Shown: piece after piece, positions 1 through 9,311 of the stretch
Position numbering within the stretch: position 1 is the first letter of the stretch
Layout of the letters: each line of letters opens with the position of its first letter
From: an uncultured delta proteobacterium
GTDB taxonomy: Bacteria > Myxococcota_A > Polyangia > Polyangiales > Polyangiaceae
Length of the DNA: 64,000 nt
Reading direction: 5' to 3'
Assembly: GCA_963806225.1 (NCBI GenBank)
Contig: CAWDXG010000004.1
Location: 3,648,001 to 3,712,000, forward strand
Notes under the pieces: generated by a model
Told to the model about the DNA's origin: nothing
What the model saw: the letters and a program-made list of their open reading frames with translations, nothing else
Databases searched by the model: none
Translations under genes and position numbers: made by a program

Positions 1-2936
1 CAGGTTTCGGCGCACGACGAATCGCAACAAACTCCGTCGACGCAATGCCCGGATTGGCACTCTCCGGCGTCCGTGCACCCCGTGCCGTTGGTGCTCTTGA
101 CGACGCACGTGCCGCCGGAGCAACGGAAGCCACCCAGGCAATCCGCGTCGACCGTACATGACACAGCGCAGCTTGCGGCGTCGGCACAACCGTAGCTGCC
201 GCAGGACGTGTTCGCCTGGACGCAATTCCCGGCGCCGTTGCAGGTCGACGTTGTGAGCGTTCCGGACGCGCAGACCGGCGCGGCGCATACCGTCGCCGTG
301 GAATAGAGCGCACACGCTCCCGTGCCGTCGCAGAGTCCGTCTCGTTGGCAGCTTGCCGCCCCGTCGTCGGGACAGTCGTCGGCTGGGTCGGTACCCGCCT
401 TGACGGGAGCGCACGTTCCGTCCGGTCCGCTGGCCTTGTCGGCGGCGAGGCACGACAGGCAGATCTGGTTGCAGGCGGAGTCACAGCAGACACCATCGCT
501 GCAATGCGTCGAGGTGCATTCGTCGTCCGCCGTGCATGCGTGGCCGTTTGCCTGCTGGAGGACACATGCTCCGCCCACGCAGTGCGCTCCACTGGAGCAA
601 TCAGTGTCTGTGACGCACGAGGTCGAGCACTTCTGGGCGTCCGCGCACACGTAGGGTGCGCACGTCCCCGACGCCGGGATGCAGCTTCCGCCGCCGTTGC
701 ACGTCGCCTTGGTGAACTGCCCGTTCGAGCAAGTTGGCGACTGGCACGTCTGACCTGCGGGATAGAACGCGCAACTGCCCGAGCCGTCGCATGCGCCGGT
801 CCTTCCGCAGCTTGCGGCGCCGTCGTCAGGGCAGTCACCATCGGGGTCCGTACCTGCGGAAACCGGAGCGCAGACTCCGTCGGTCCCGCCTGTCCTGGAA
901 GCAACGCATGCCTCGCAGGGCTGACTGCAGGGACTGTCGCAGCACACGCCATCAACGCACGCGACATCGCATTCCGCAGTACTCCCGCAAGCTTCTCCGG
1001 TTGTCCCGAGCCCGAAGATCTCCGTGCTGGTCGGAGCAAAGCTTCCACCCATCACCAGCACCCGCCCATCTTGAAGCTGGGTCGCCGTCCCGTTGACGTG
1101 CCCGTCGACCATGCTGCCCGCGCTCATCCAGTTGTTCGTGGTCGGATCGAAGACAAGGGTACCCAGCACGGGTGACTCGGTGTTCCCGCCCAATGGGTCG
1201 GTCTTCCAGATTGCGCCTCCCGATACGAGGACACGGCCGTTGGGCAGCAGCGTAGCAGCGTGTTTGTGACGGCCGCTTGGCATGTCCGGAAGCTGCGTCC
1301 AGGAATTGGTCGAAGGCGAGAACAGCTCCGGCGTCGCGACCTCGATCAGGACCCCGCCCGACGAGTAGAAGCCCCCGACAGCGAGAGCGTTGCCATTGGC
1401 AAGAGTCGTCAGCGACATTCGATTGCGCTTGTTGTGCATTGTCCCCGCCGCCGACCAATGTCCCGTCGACTCGTCGAAGAGCTCGGCGTTCAGCAAGGGC
1501 GTCGTCTCCGATGTCGCAAAGCCCCCCGCAACAAGCACCCGGCCGTCCGCGAGCACCGCCACGGATAGCTCGCGCCTGGCGGATGCCATGCTCTCCACGG
1601 CGGACCAGGTGCCGGTGCTGAGGTCATACGTCTCCGCGGCTGCGGTGGGCACGTAGCTGTTCGAGACCAAGGCCGCGCCGCCGATGACGATTGGCTTCCC
1701 GCTCGGCAAGATGGCGGCAACCGCCTCGATGCGTGGCGACACGCAGTTGCCGGAATACGACCAGGTGCCGGTCGCCGGGTCGTACACCTCGGACGCTGCG
1801 ATGGCACCCGCGACCAGGGGCTGGCTGCCACCGGCTACCACGACTTTCCCATTCGGCAGCAGCGAAGCGGTGTGCGTGTAGCGTGGCGTCTCGAGTGCGC
1901 CCGTGGCGGCCCAGGTCCCGCTGCCAGGGTCGTACAGTTCCGATGACGCGCCGGAGGACTGCGACTGGCTGCCTTCCACCAGCACTCGACCGTCCTTCAG
2001 CCGTGTTGCCGCGTGCCAGACGTGCTGTGCGGCTGTCGAGCCCGTCGTGGTCCAACCTGGATCGAGCAACATCGGGTAGGCGTGATTGTCATCGTGCCAC
2101 CGCAAAGCCATCGTGCAACGGTCGGCCCCCGGCGCGACTGTCGGTCGCCCCCACGGAGCAGCCGGATTCGTGTCGTAGTCACAACCGCGGACCTCCAGCG
2201 TGACCGCGATGGGACGGCCTTGCGCGTCCATCATCGTCGGAGGCGCAACACGGAGTCGTGGTGTCCCGGAGGCGTCCATGAACTCGAGAGTGTTTGCCAC
2301 AAGTCGCAATCCGGCCGTGCCACCAACGTCGATCTGGTAGGAAACCTGCGGCTCCTCCAGTTGCCGTGCGACTACGACAAAGTCTTCCACCCCATCGCGC
2401 AACGTCCGTCGCAGGACGTCGCCACCACCGGGCGCGGCATTGGGATACGCGGCTACGTCCTCCGAGACTGCCGCGCCAGAATGGGCGTTCGCGCCAAGCA
2501 TGTGGAACTGAACAGCGATTCCGGAGCGTGCATCCGCAACGCTAGCTTCGCCATCCGCCTGCAACGGAAGTCCCAGCACGGCAGTTGCATCGCTTCGGTG
2601 CACCGCGATCTTGTCGCCGATGCGCTCGAAGCGCGCATGCATGGTGCTGGGGTAGAGGAGCTTCTCAAACGGCGTGCCCTCCCTCGGAGCTTCGAACTCC
2701 GCGCGCACTCGCCGCAGCGCGTTCTGCGCCGGGGAAGTCGGCACCAGCTCCACGGCTGCTCCGCCGTCGTCGGCTGGGTGTGCCCGCGCGGCGCCACCGT
2801 TCCCGCAGCCGACGAGCGCGAGCGCGAGCGCACTCCGCACGATCAGCCCAGCAACATTCGTTTTCGTCCGCCCGCTAGCGCGGCGCCCAGAAGAGCAAGA
2901 CGGACCTCGCGAAAACCCCCGTCTCCCATACATCAT
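1..2936 (-). CDS. Large secreted/lipoprotein kelch-repeat (beta-propeller) protein with C-terminal Cys-rich repeats; 3' end runs off the window
   Basis: Missing from the ORF track because it has no stop in the window. Translated by hand from ATG 2936 (GAGGG upstream): MMYGRRG...SALALALVGC (lipobox-like), LEFMDASGTPRLRVAPP, kelch units (HAATRLKDGRVLV, HAATLLPNGRVLVSGG, ATQLQDGRVLVMGG), then CVDGVCCDSPCSQPCEAC repeats. The frame at base 50 (GHCVDGVCCD) matches the frame of the start. Confidence 0.85.
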   Translation of the reverse strand, partial: MMYGRRGFSRGPSCSSGRRASGRTKTNVAGLIVRSALALALVGCGNGGAARAHPADDGGAAVELVPTSPAQNALRRVRAEFEAPREGTPFEKLLYPSTMHARFERIGDKIAVHRSDATAVLGLPLQADGEASVADARSGIAVQFHMLGANAHSGAAVSEDVAAYPNAAPGGGDVLRRTLRDGVEDFVVVARQLEEPQVSYQIDVGGTAGLRLVANTLEFMDASGTPRLRVAPPTMMDAQGRPIAVTLEVRGCDYDTNPAAPWGRPTVAPGADRCTMALRWHDDNHAYPMLLDPGWTTTGSTAAQHVWHAATRLKDGRVLVEGSQSQSSGASSELYDPGSGTWAATGALETPRYTHTASLLPNGKVVVAGGSQPLVAGAIAASEVYDPATGTWSYSGNCVSPRIEAVAAILPSGKPIVIGGAALVSNSYVPTAAAETYDLSTGTWSAVESMASARRELSVAVLADGRVLVAGGFATSETTPLLNAELFDESTGHWSAAGTMHNKRNRMSLTTLANGNALAVGGFYSSGGVLIEVATPELFSPSTNSWTQLPDMPSGRHKHAATLLPNGRVLVSGGAIWKTDPLGGNTESPVLGTLVFDPTTNNWMSAGSMVDGHVNGTATQLQDGRVLVMGGSFAPTSTEIFGLGTTGEACGSTAECDVACVDGVCCDSPCSQPCEACVASRTGGTDGVCAPVSAGTDPDGDCPDDGAASCGRTGACDGSGSCAFYPAGQTCQSPTCSNGQFTKATCNGGGSCIPASGTCAPYVCADAQKCSTSCVTDTDCSSGAHCVGGACVLQQANGHACTADDECTSTHCSDGVCCDSACNQICLSCLAADKASGPDGTCAPVKAGTDPADDCPDDGAASCQRDGLCDGTGACALYSTATVCAAPVCASGTLTTSTCNGAGNCVQANTSCGSYGCADAASCAVSCTVDADCLGGFRCSGGTCVVKSTNGTGCTDAGECQSGHCVDGVCCDSSCAET

Positions 2937-3203
2937 AGTTGTCCCTCGGATAGGAGATCGTCCGGGGCGCCCATCCACACGTCAATACGTGGAAACCGAA
3001 GCAAACGTTGCAAACGGAAGCTGGTTCTTTTCTGGATCTTGGCGGCCGCAGTGCTGCTCGTCTACGACCACGCGGCCCGAAAGCGCCGCGGGGCGAGCAA
3101 CGAAGCCGCGGAGTTCCCGGAAACGCGCCCAACCACGTGCGTGTGGCCGCGCGGTTCTTCGGCGGCCTGGTGCTGCCCCTCAGCGCGAGCTCGGCGGCCT
3201 CCA

Positions 3204-3389
3204 TCACGCTCGCGCCGAGCTCTCGTCGATCGAGCGATGAAGCAGGGCACGCTCCTTGTCGTCAAGGTCGTCGCCGCTCGTCGCTAGTAGCTCGTCGAGA
3301 GGGACCGGCTCGATGACCTGCCCCTCGGGCAGCTCCGTCGGCTCGTCGAGGCGAAGCCGACCGTTTTCGACGCGGGCCTTGTGGATGCG
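3204..3389 (-). pseudogene. Remnant of a small putative antitoxin (AF2212/DUF104-like, myxobacterial 'GRLVLDEPTDLPEG' type)
   Basis: Translates RIHKARVENGRLRLDEPTELPEGQVIEPVPLDELLATSGDDLDDKERALLHRSIDESSARA*. There is no start codon before an upstream in-frame TAG, the C-terminus is short, and no toxin gene follows. Confidence 0.55.
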
Positions 3390-3554
3390 ACGAGGACGAA
3401 CGTCCTACGGGCGGGCCGCGCCCTCCGACGCTTTTTGCCGCGCGTTTTCTCCCGCGCGGAGCCACCCTCTTGACGCCTGCGCGGGGGAGCGGGAACTCTC
3501 GGCCCGCGAATCCCGACCGGAGTTGTGCGGCGGGCCTGGCAGCGGCTGCCTTCA

Positions 3555-4733
3555 ATGAGCGTACGAGCGAGATCAGGCTTCATCGCCGCGCTGCTTTGCG
3601 TGGTGCTGGTTTCGGCGAACGCCTGGGCGGCGCCGAGGATCAAGCTGAAGCCGGTGAAGCAGCAGACGCTCGATACGCCCGTGCCGGTGTTCGTCAGGAT
3701 CCAAGGCAAACTGCACGGCGCCGAGGTGCAACTCCGCTACCGCCCCTCGAGCGGAGAGGACTGGCACGCGTTGACCATGCAGCCCGTAGGCAAGGGCTAT
3801 GGCGCGGTCATTCCCTGCGACCGCGTGCGGGACGAAGTCGTCATCGAGTACTACGTCCGCGTCCGGAAGCACGGCAGGACCATCGCCTACAAGGGTTCGA
3901 AGAAGAACCCGTACGCGGTGGCGTTCGTGGCGTCGCTGAAGGGCGCGCCGCCGTCGCTACCGGGCGAGGACCCGCCCGGAAAGTGCCAGAAGCACGAGGT
4001 GCCGGAGATCCACCTGTCCTCGACCGGCGAGGACTCCGGTTCGTCGGAAAGCGAGCCGCCCGCGAAGAAACCCGCCCAACAGAAGCTCCGGCGCCTGTGG
4101 ATCCAGCTCGGCCTCGTTCAGGATCTGGCCGTGCTCGGCGGCAAGGACGTGTGCAGCGAGGCCGGCGAGAAGAAGGCCTTCTACTGCTTCCGCGACGACG
4201 GCCAGCAGTACCTGGGCTACCCGGTCATGGGCGATCACGACGAGATCTCGACGGGCTTCGCGCTGTCCGCAACCCGCGTCGTGGCCGGCCTCGACTACGC
4301 ACTCGGGAAGGTCACGCTCGGAGCGCGGCTCGGGTTCACGCTGCGCGGCGGCTCGCCCACGATCCAGGGCGGCGTCAGCTCGCTGCCGCTGCTCGCCTCG
4401 GGCCGGCTCGAATACTGGTTTGCCGACCGCGCCTACGCCACGGAGCGCTTCTCACCCTATGTGCTCGCCGAGGGCGGCATCGCCGAGGCCGACTCGAAAC
4501 ACCGCGTCACGCTGGTGGAGGACAGGAGCCGGCAATCCCGGCAGACCAACCCGGCGATCCAGAACGTAGACGCCTGGAAGCGCACGGGGCGCAGTTTCGC
4601 CGGGCTCGGCGTCGGCGGCTTCTTTCCACTCGGCTCGCGCGGCGGGCTCGCCATCGAGCTCGAGGGCAGGCTGCTGTTCCCGACGACCGGATTCGTGATC
4701 GCACCCGGCGCCTCGTACGCCGCGAGCTTCTAG
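3555..4733 (+). CDS. Secreted hypothetical protein with N-terminal Ig-like domain and C-terminal outer-membrane beta-barrel-like domain
   Basis: Signal peptide (FIAALLCVVLVSANAWA), Pro/Ser linker, amphipathic beta-strands ending in terminal Phe (ASYAASF). Confidence 0.7.
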   Translation: MSVRARSGFIAALLCVVLVSANAWAAPRIKLKPVKQQTLDTPVPVFVRIQGKLHGAEVQLRYRPSSGEDWHALTMQPVGKGYGAVIPCDRVRDEVVIEYYVRVRKHGRTIAYKGSKKNPYAVAFVASLKGAPPSLPGEDPPGKCQKHEVPEIHLSSTGEDSGSSESEPPAKKPAQQKLRRLWIQLGLVQDLAVLGGKDVCSEAGEKKAFYCFRDDGQQYLGYPVMGDHDEISTGFALSATRVVAGLDYALGKVTLGARLGFTLRGGSPTIQGGVSSLPLLASGRLEYWFADRAYATERFSPYVLAEGGIAEADSKHRVTLVEDRSRQSRQTNPAIQNVDAWKRTGRSFAGLGVGGFFPLGSRGGLAIELEGRLLFPTTGFVIAPGASYAASF

Positions 4734-4781
4734 CGCCGCAGAGCCTTCACGGCGCCGCGAAGTGCACTATCCTGTCCCGCT

Positions 4782-5459
4782 ATGACGCGCCGCGTACTCT
4801 TGTCCTGGAGCTCGGGCAAGGACTGCGCGTGGGCGCTGCACCTGCTGCGTGAGCAGCCCGACGTCGAGCTCGTGGGCCTGCTCACGACGCTCAACGAGGC
4901 GGCCGACCGCGTGGCGATGCACGCGGTGCGCCGCGAGCTGCTCGAGGCGCAGGCCGCCGCGACCGGGCTCCCGCTGTGGCCGGTACTGCTACCCTGGCCG
5001 TGCCCGAACGAGGTGTACGAGGAGCGCATGGCCGTCGCGATCGAGCGCGCGCGGAGCGAAGGCGTGACGCACACCGCCTTCGGCGATCTGTTCCTCGAGG
5101 ACGTGCGCGACTACCGCATCCAGAAGCTCGCCGGCACGGGCGTCGAGCCGCTGTTCCCGCTGTTCGGCACACCCGCCGACACGCCGGCGCTGGCGCGGCA
5201 GATGATCGACAGCGGGCTGCGCGCCGTCCTGACGTGCGTCGACCCGAAGCAGCTGCCCGAGCACTTCGTGGGGCGCGAGTTCAATGCCGAGCTCCTCTCT
5301 GATCTCCCGCCGGGCGTCGACCCATGCGGAGAGCGCGGCGAGTTCCACAGCTTCTGCTTCGCCGGACCGATGTTCGCGCGCGAGATCGACATCCGCGTGG
5401 GCGAGGTCGTCGCGCGGGACGGATTCTGTTTTGCGGACGTGGTGGCGGAAAGCGGCTAG
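4782..5459 (+). CDS. Diphthamide-synthase-domain (Dph6/MJ0570-like) PP-loop ATP pyrophosphatase
   Basis: SWSSGKDC PP-loop, FGDLFLEDVRDYR and DPCGERGEFHS motifs. Confidence 0.9.
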   Translation: MTRRVLLSWSSGKDCAWALHLLREQPDVELVGLLTTLNEAADRVAMHAVRRELLEAQAAATGLPLWPVLLPWPCPNEVYEERMAVAIERARSEGVTHTAFGDLFLEDVRDYRIQKLAGTGVEPLFPLFGTPADTPALARQMIDSGLRAVLTCVDPKQLPEHFVGREFNAELLSDLPPGVDPCGERGEFHSFCFAGPMFAREIDIRVGEVVARDGFCFADVVAESG

Positions 5460-5467
5460 ACGGCAGG

Positions 5468-7633
5468 CTACTTCACGTGATCCCACAGGAACGTGAAGGC
5501 GAGCGCGTGCATGAACGCTTCTTCCTTGTGGTCCGCTCCGGCGCTGTGGCCACCCTCGGTGTTCTCGTAGAACCACACCTTCTGGTCGCCCATCGCGAGC
5601 ATCTTCGCGTCCATCTTGCGGGCCTGCACCGGCCCCACGCGGTCGTCGCTGGTGGACGTGTAGAACAGCACCGGCGGATAGTCGGTGCCCTTGTCGAGGT
5701 TCTGGTAGGGCGAGAACTTCTTGATCCACGCCCACTCGGCCGGCTTGTCCGGGTCGCCGTACTCGGCGATCCACGAGGACCCGGCGGACAGGTGCGTGTA
5801 GTGCCGCATGTCCAGTAGCGGCACTTCGCAGGAAATGGCTCCGAACAGCTTCGGCCAACCGGTGAGCATGTTGCCCATGAGCAGGCCCCCGTTGCTCGCG
5901 CCCTCCGCCGCCAGATGCTCCGGCGAGGTGACCTTGCGCGCAACCAGATCGCGCGCCACCGCCGCGAAGTCCTCGTAGGCGCGCGGGCGGTTCCGCTTGA
6001 GCGCAGCCTTGTGCCAGTGCGGACCGTATTCGCCGCCGCCGCGGATGTTCGCCACCACGTACACGCCGCCGCGGTCGAGCCACGCGCGGCCTACCGTCCC
6101 GCTGTAGTACGGCAGGATCGACACCTCGAAACCGCCGTAGCCGTACAGCAGCGTCGGGTTCCTGCCGTCGTAGCGGAGCTTCTTCGAAGCGATCTCGAAG
6201 TAGGGAACCCGCGTCCCGTCCTTCGACGTGGCGAAATGCTGGGAGACGGCGAAGGGCGATGCGTCGAAGAACGCGGGCTCCTGCTTGACGGGCTTTGGCG
6301 CTTCCCGGCCCAACACGCCACGCAGCAGTGACGACGGCGTCAGAAAGCCCGTCACACTCAGCCAGTACTCGTCGTTGGCGTCGGGATCGGTGTTCGAGAT
6401 CGACACGGTGCTGAGGCCCGGAGCGCCCTCGAGCTCCTTCTCGTCCCACTTGTCGTGGCGGAAAGTGAGCACTTGCAGGCGGCTCTTCACGTCATGGAGC
6501 ACGTCGAGGATCAGGTGATGGCGCGTCCAGCTCTGCGACGTGAGCGCCGTGTGCTCGTCGGGGCGGAACAGCACGTCGAGCTTGCGCTCGCCCTTCATGA
6601 ACTTCTTGAACGGAGCAGCCAACAGCGCCCCGGCCGGGTAGGTCGTCTTGCCCACGGTCCAGGGCGAGCGCAGCTGGACCATCAGCCACTGGCGATGCGC
6701 GTAGGCGTCCGCGTCGCTCGGCACCTTCACCCGCACGAGCTTGTCGCCGAGGCGTTGGTACAGCTCGCTGTGGTAGTAGTCCTTCGCGACGGTGACGAAG
6801 TCGCGCTCGAAGCCCGGCGTGCGATCGTGCATCGCGCCCACGCCCACGTCGGTCGGCTTGCCCTCGAAGACGGTCTTGGCCTTGTCGAGCGGTGTGCCGC
6901 GCGTCCACTCCTTGACGATGCGCGGATAGCTCGACTTCGTCATCGTCCCGGGCCCGAAGTCGGTAGCCACGTAGATGTGGTCGTGATCGATAAAGCCGAC
7001 CTGGGTCTTCGCCGACGGCAGCTGGAACCCGCCCTTGACGAAGGACCGGCTCGACACGTCGAACTCGCGCACGGCGTGCGCGTCGCCCCCGTCGGGCGAC
7101 AGGAAGACGAGACAGTCGTTGTACTTCGGCTTCATGCACTGCACACCGGCGTAGACCCAGCGCTTGCCCTCGGTCTTGTCCAGCGCGTCGATATCCAGCA
7201 ACACATCCCACCTGGGATGCGGCTTCTTGAACTCCACCAGCGTGGTGCGCCGCCACAGCCCGCGTGGGTGCTGCTTGTCGCGCCAGAAGTTGTACAGGTA
7301 CTTCCCGCGGTGGTTGACGTACGGGATGCGCGCATCGGAGTCGTAGACCTGCAGGATCTGGTCGCGCAGCTGGGAAAACGCCGCATCGCTGGCGTAGCGG
7401 GCTTTCGTGCGCGCGTCCTGCTCGTGCACCCAGCTCATCGCGCGCTTGCCGTGGACCTTGGCAAGCCAGGCGAACGGATCGGCTGCGTGCTGGTGCGCTC
7501 TGACCGGTGCGGCGGAGGTCGATGGAGCCGGCGACGGAGCGGGCTTCGCAGGCGGGGAGACCGCCGGAGAGGGGGCACCGGCACAGCCGGCCAGCGCGAC
7601 GAGGGCAGCGAGCAACAGCGACGTGGGTTTCAT
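5468..7633 (-). CDS. Prolyl oligopeptidase (S9A), lipoprotein
   Basis: Start MKPTSLLLAALVALAGC (lipobox); DPFAWL, YGYGGF, ANIRGGGEYG, GASNGG nucleophile, DDRV and GGH triad motifs. Confidence 0.95.
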   Translation of the reverse strand: MKPTSLLLAALVALAGCAGAPSPAVSPPAKPAPSPAPSTSAAPVRAHQHAADPFAWLAKVHGKRAMSWVHEQDARTKARYASDAAFSQLRDQILQVYDSDARIPYVNHRGKYLYNFWRDKQHPRGLWRRTTLVEFKKPHPRWDVLLDIDALDKTEGKRWVYAGVQCMKPKYNDCLVFLSPDGGDAHAVREFDVSSRSFVKGGFQLPSAKTQVGFIDHDHIYVATDFGPGTMTKSSYPRIVKEWTRGTPLDKAKTVFEGKPTDVGVGAMHDRTPGFERDFVTVAKDYYHSELYQRLGDKLVRVKVPSDADAYAHRQWLMVQLRSPWTVGKTTYPAGALLAAPFKKFMKGERKLDVLFRPDEHTALTSQSWTRHHLILDVLHDVKSRLQVLTFRHDKWDEKELEGAPGLSTVSISNTDPDANDEYWLSVTGFLTPSSLLRGVLGREAPKPVKQEPAFFDASPFAVSQHFATSKDGTRVPYFEIASKKLRYDGRNPTLLYGYGGFEVSILPYYSGTVGRAWLDRGGVYVVANIRGGGEYGPHWHKAALKRNRPRAYEDFAAVARDLVARKVTSPEHLAAEGASNGGLLMGNMLTGWPKLFGAISCEVPLLDMRHYTHLSAGSSWIAEYGDPDKPAEWAWIKKFSPYQNLDKGTDYPPVLFYTSTSDDRVGPVQARKMDAKMLAMGDQKVWFYENTEGGHSAGADHKEEAFMHALAFTFLWDHVK

Positions 7634-7790
7634 GGGGGGCTCGAACGTAGCGGCTCCCCGCGCCGGATGCACCCGGGTCAGCTCGACGCCCGGCACGCCC
7701 TGCTGCCCGCCGCACGCCCGACGCAACCACTGCGCGTCGCAGCCGCCCATCGCGAGCTTCGCCAGGCACGCTGTTTGCTCGAAAACGGGC

Positions 7791-9278
7791 ATGGCCGAAA
7801 AGCACGTAGTGATCATCGGGGGCGGACTCGCGGGACTTTCGGCGGGCTGCTACGCACAGGCCAGTGGCTTTGCCACGACCATCGTCGAGCACAATCTGTC
7901 GCTCGGCGGAGTCTGCACCGCCTGGAAGCGGGGCGAATACCTGGTGGACGGCTGCATCCACTGGCTGACGGGCGGACCCTTTGCCCGGATCTACGAAGAG
8001 CTCGGCATTCTGCCGCAGGTGGAGCTCCGCACGCTGGAGCGTTTTGCCACCTACCGGCACGCGCGCGAGCGCCTCAACGTCGCCGTCACGCGCGATCTCG
8101 ACGCGCTGGCGCGGGATCTCGAACGACTGGCGCCCAGCGACGCCGACGAGATCCGCCGCATCGTGGACGGCGCGCGCGAGTTCGCCGAGCTCGACCCGCG
8201 CGTGGACCGTCCGCGCGAGCTCGCTTCGCTCCGGGACTCGGTGTCGTTCTTCTGGAGTACGCGCCACGACCTGGGCAACCTGGTCCACTTCCGCAAGCCG
8301 CTCGGGCGCTGGTGCCACGACCACATCAAGAGCCCGCGGCTCGTGCGCTTCCTGCAGCGGATGGCGCCACCGGAGGCTCCGGCGCTGTTCCTGTTGATGA
8401 TGCTCGGCTATCTCGAGCGCGGATTCCTGTCGCGACCAGTGGGCGGCTCGGCGGCTTTCCGCGACGCGCTGATCGGGAGCTACGAGCGGCTCGGTGGACA
8501 AGCTTTCGTCAATACGACGGTCGACGAGATCCTGGTGCAGGACGATCGCGCGGCGGGCGTCCGCCTCGGCGACGGTACCCTGCTGGAAGCGGACGTGGTG
8601 ATCTCGACCTCGAGCGGCCCCGAAACCGTGTTCCGGCTGCTCGGTGGTCGCTACGGCGCAAGCACCATGCGCGAGCGAATGCGGGAGTGGAAGCTCTTCG
8701 ACCCCATCGTGATGGCCAGCTTCGGCGTGGAGCTTCCGTTCCGCGAAGTCCCGTCTCTGCTCATGATCGACGGGGTCGAGCCGTTCGAGCTGGGCGGTCA
8801 TGAAAACGACCAGCTGTATCTGCGGCTGGAGAACGACGACCCGTGCTTCGCACCCGAAGGCCACTCCGTCGTGCAGCTGATCGCGCCCACGAGCTATGAG
8901 TGGTGGGCCACGCGCGGCACCGGATACCAGGCGGCCAAGGACGCAGTCGCGGCGCAGGCACTCGCCTTGCTCGAACCGCACTTGCCCGGGCTGTCCGGGG
9001 CCGTGCGCATGACCGACATCGTCACCCCGCTGACGTACTGGAACATGGCGCGCTCCTGGCGGGGCTCGTACGAGGGATGGATGCCGAATCGCGAGTCGCT
9101 GTTCGGCCACGCCGACAAGATGCTGCCCCACCTCGACGGGTTCTACATGGCTGGGCAGTGGGTCGAGCCGGGAGGCGGCGTCCCCACGGCGGTGACGAGC
9201 GGTCGCCAGGTCGTGCAGATCCTCTGCGCTCACGAGGATCAGCCCTTCGCAGCAACGCCAGCACGCGAACAGCGCTGA
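7791..9278 (+). CDS. Phytoene-dehydrogenase-like NAD(P)/FAD-dependent oxidoreductase
   Basis: VVIIGGGLAGL Rossmann motif, GGVCTAWKRGEY, C-terminal FYMAGQWVEPGGGVP. Confidence 0.88.
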   Translation: MAEKHVVIIGGGLAGLSAGCYAQASGFATTIVEHNLSLGGVCTAWKRGEYLVDGCIHWLTGGPFARIYEELGILPQVELRTLERFATYRHARERLNVAVTRDLDALARDLERLAPSDADEIRRIVDGAREFAELDPRVDRPRELASLRDSVSFFWSTRHDLGNLVHFRKPLGRWCHDHIKSPRLVRFLQRMAPPEAPALFLLMMLGYLERGFLSRPVGGSAAFRDALIGSYERLGGQAFVNTTVDEILVQDDRAAGVRLGDGTLLEADVVISTSSGPETVFRLLGGRYGASTMRERMREWKLFDPIVMASFGVELPFREVPSLLMIDGVEPFELGGHENDQLYLRLENDDPCFAPEGHSVVQLIAPTSYEWWATRGTGYQAAKDAVAAQALALLEPHLPGLSGAVRMTDIVTPLTYWNMARSWRGSYEGWMPNRESLFGHADKMLPHLDGFYMAGQWVEPGGGVPTAVTSGRQVVQILCAHEDQPFAATPAREQR

Positions 9279-9311
9279 CGCCTCTTTACGTGGCCGTCCC
9301 GAGCCGCTTTC

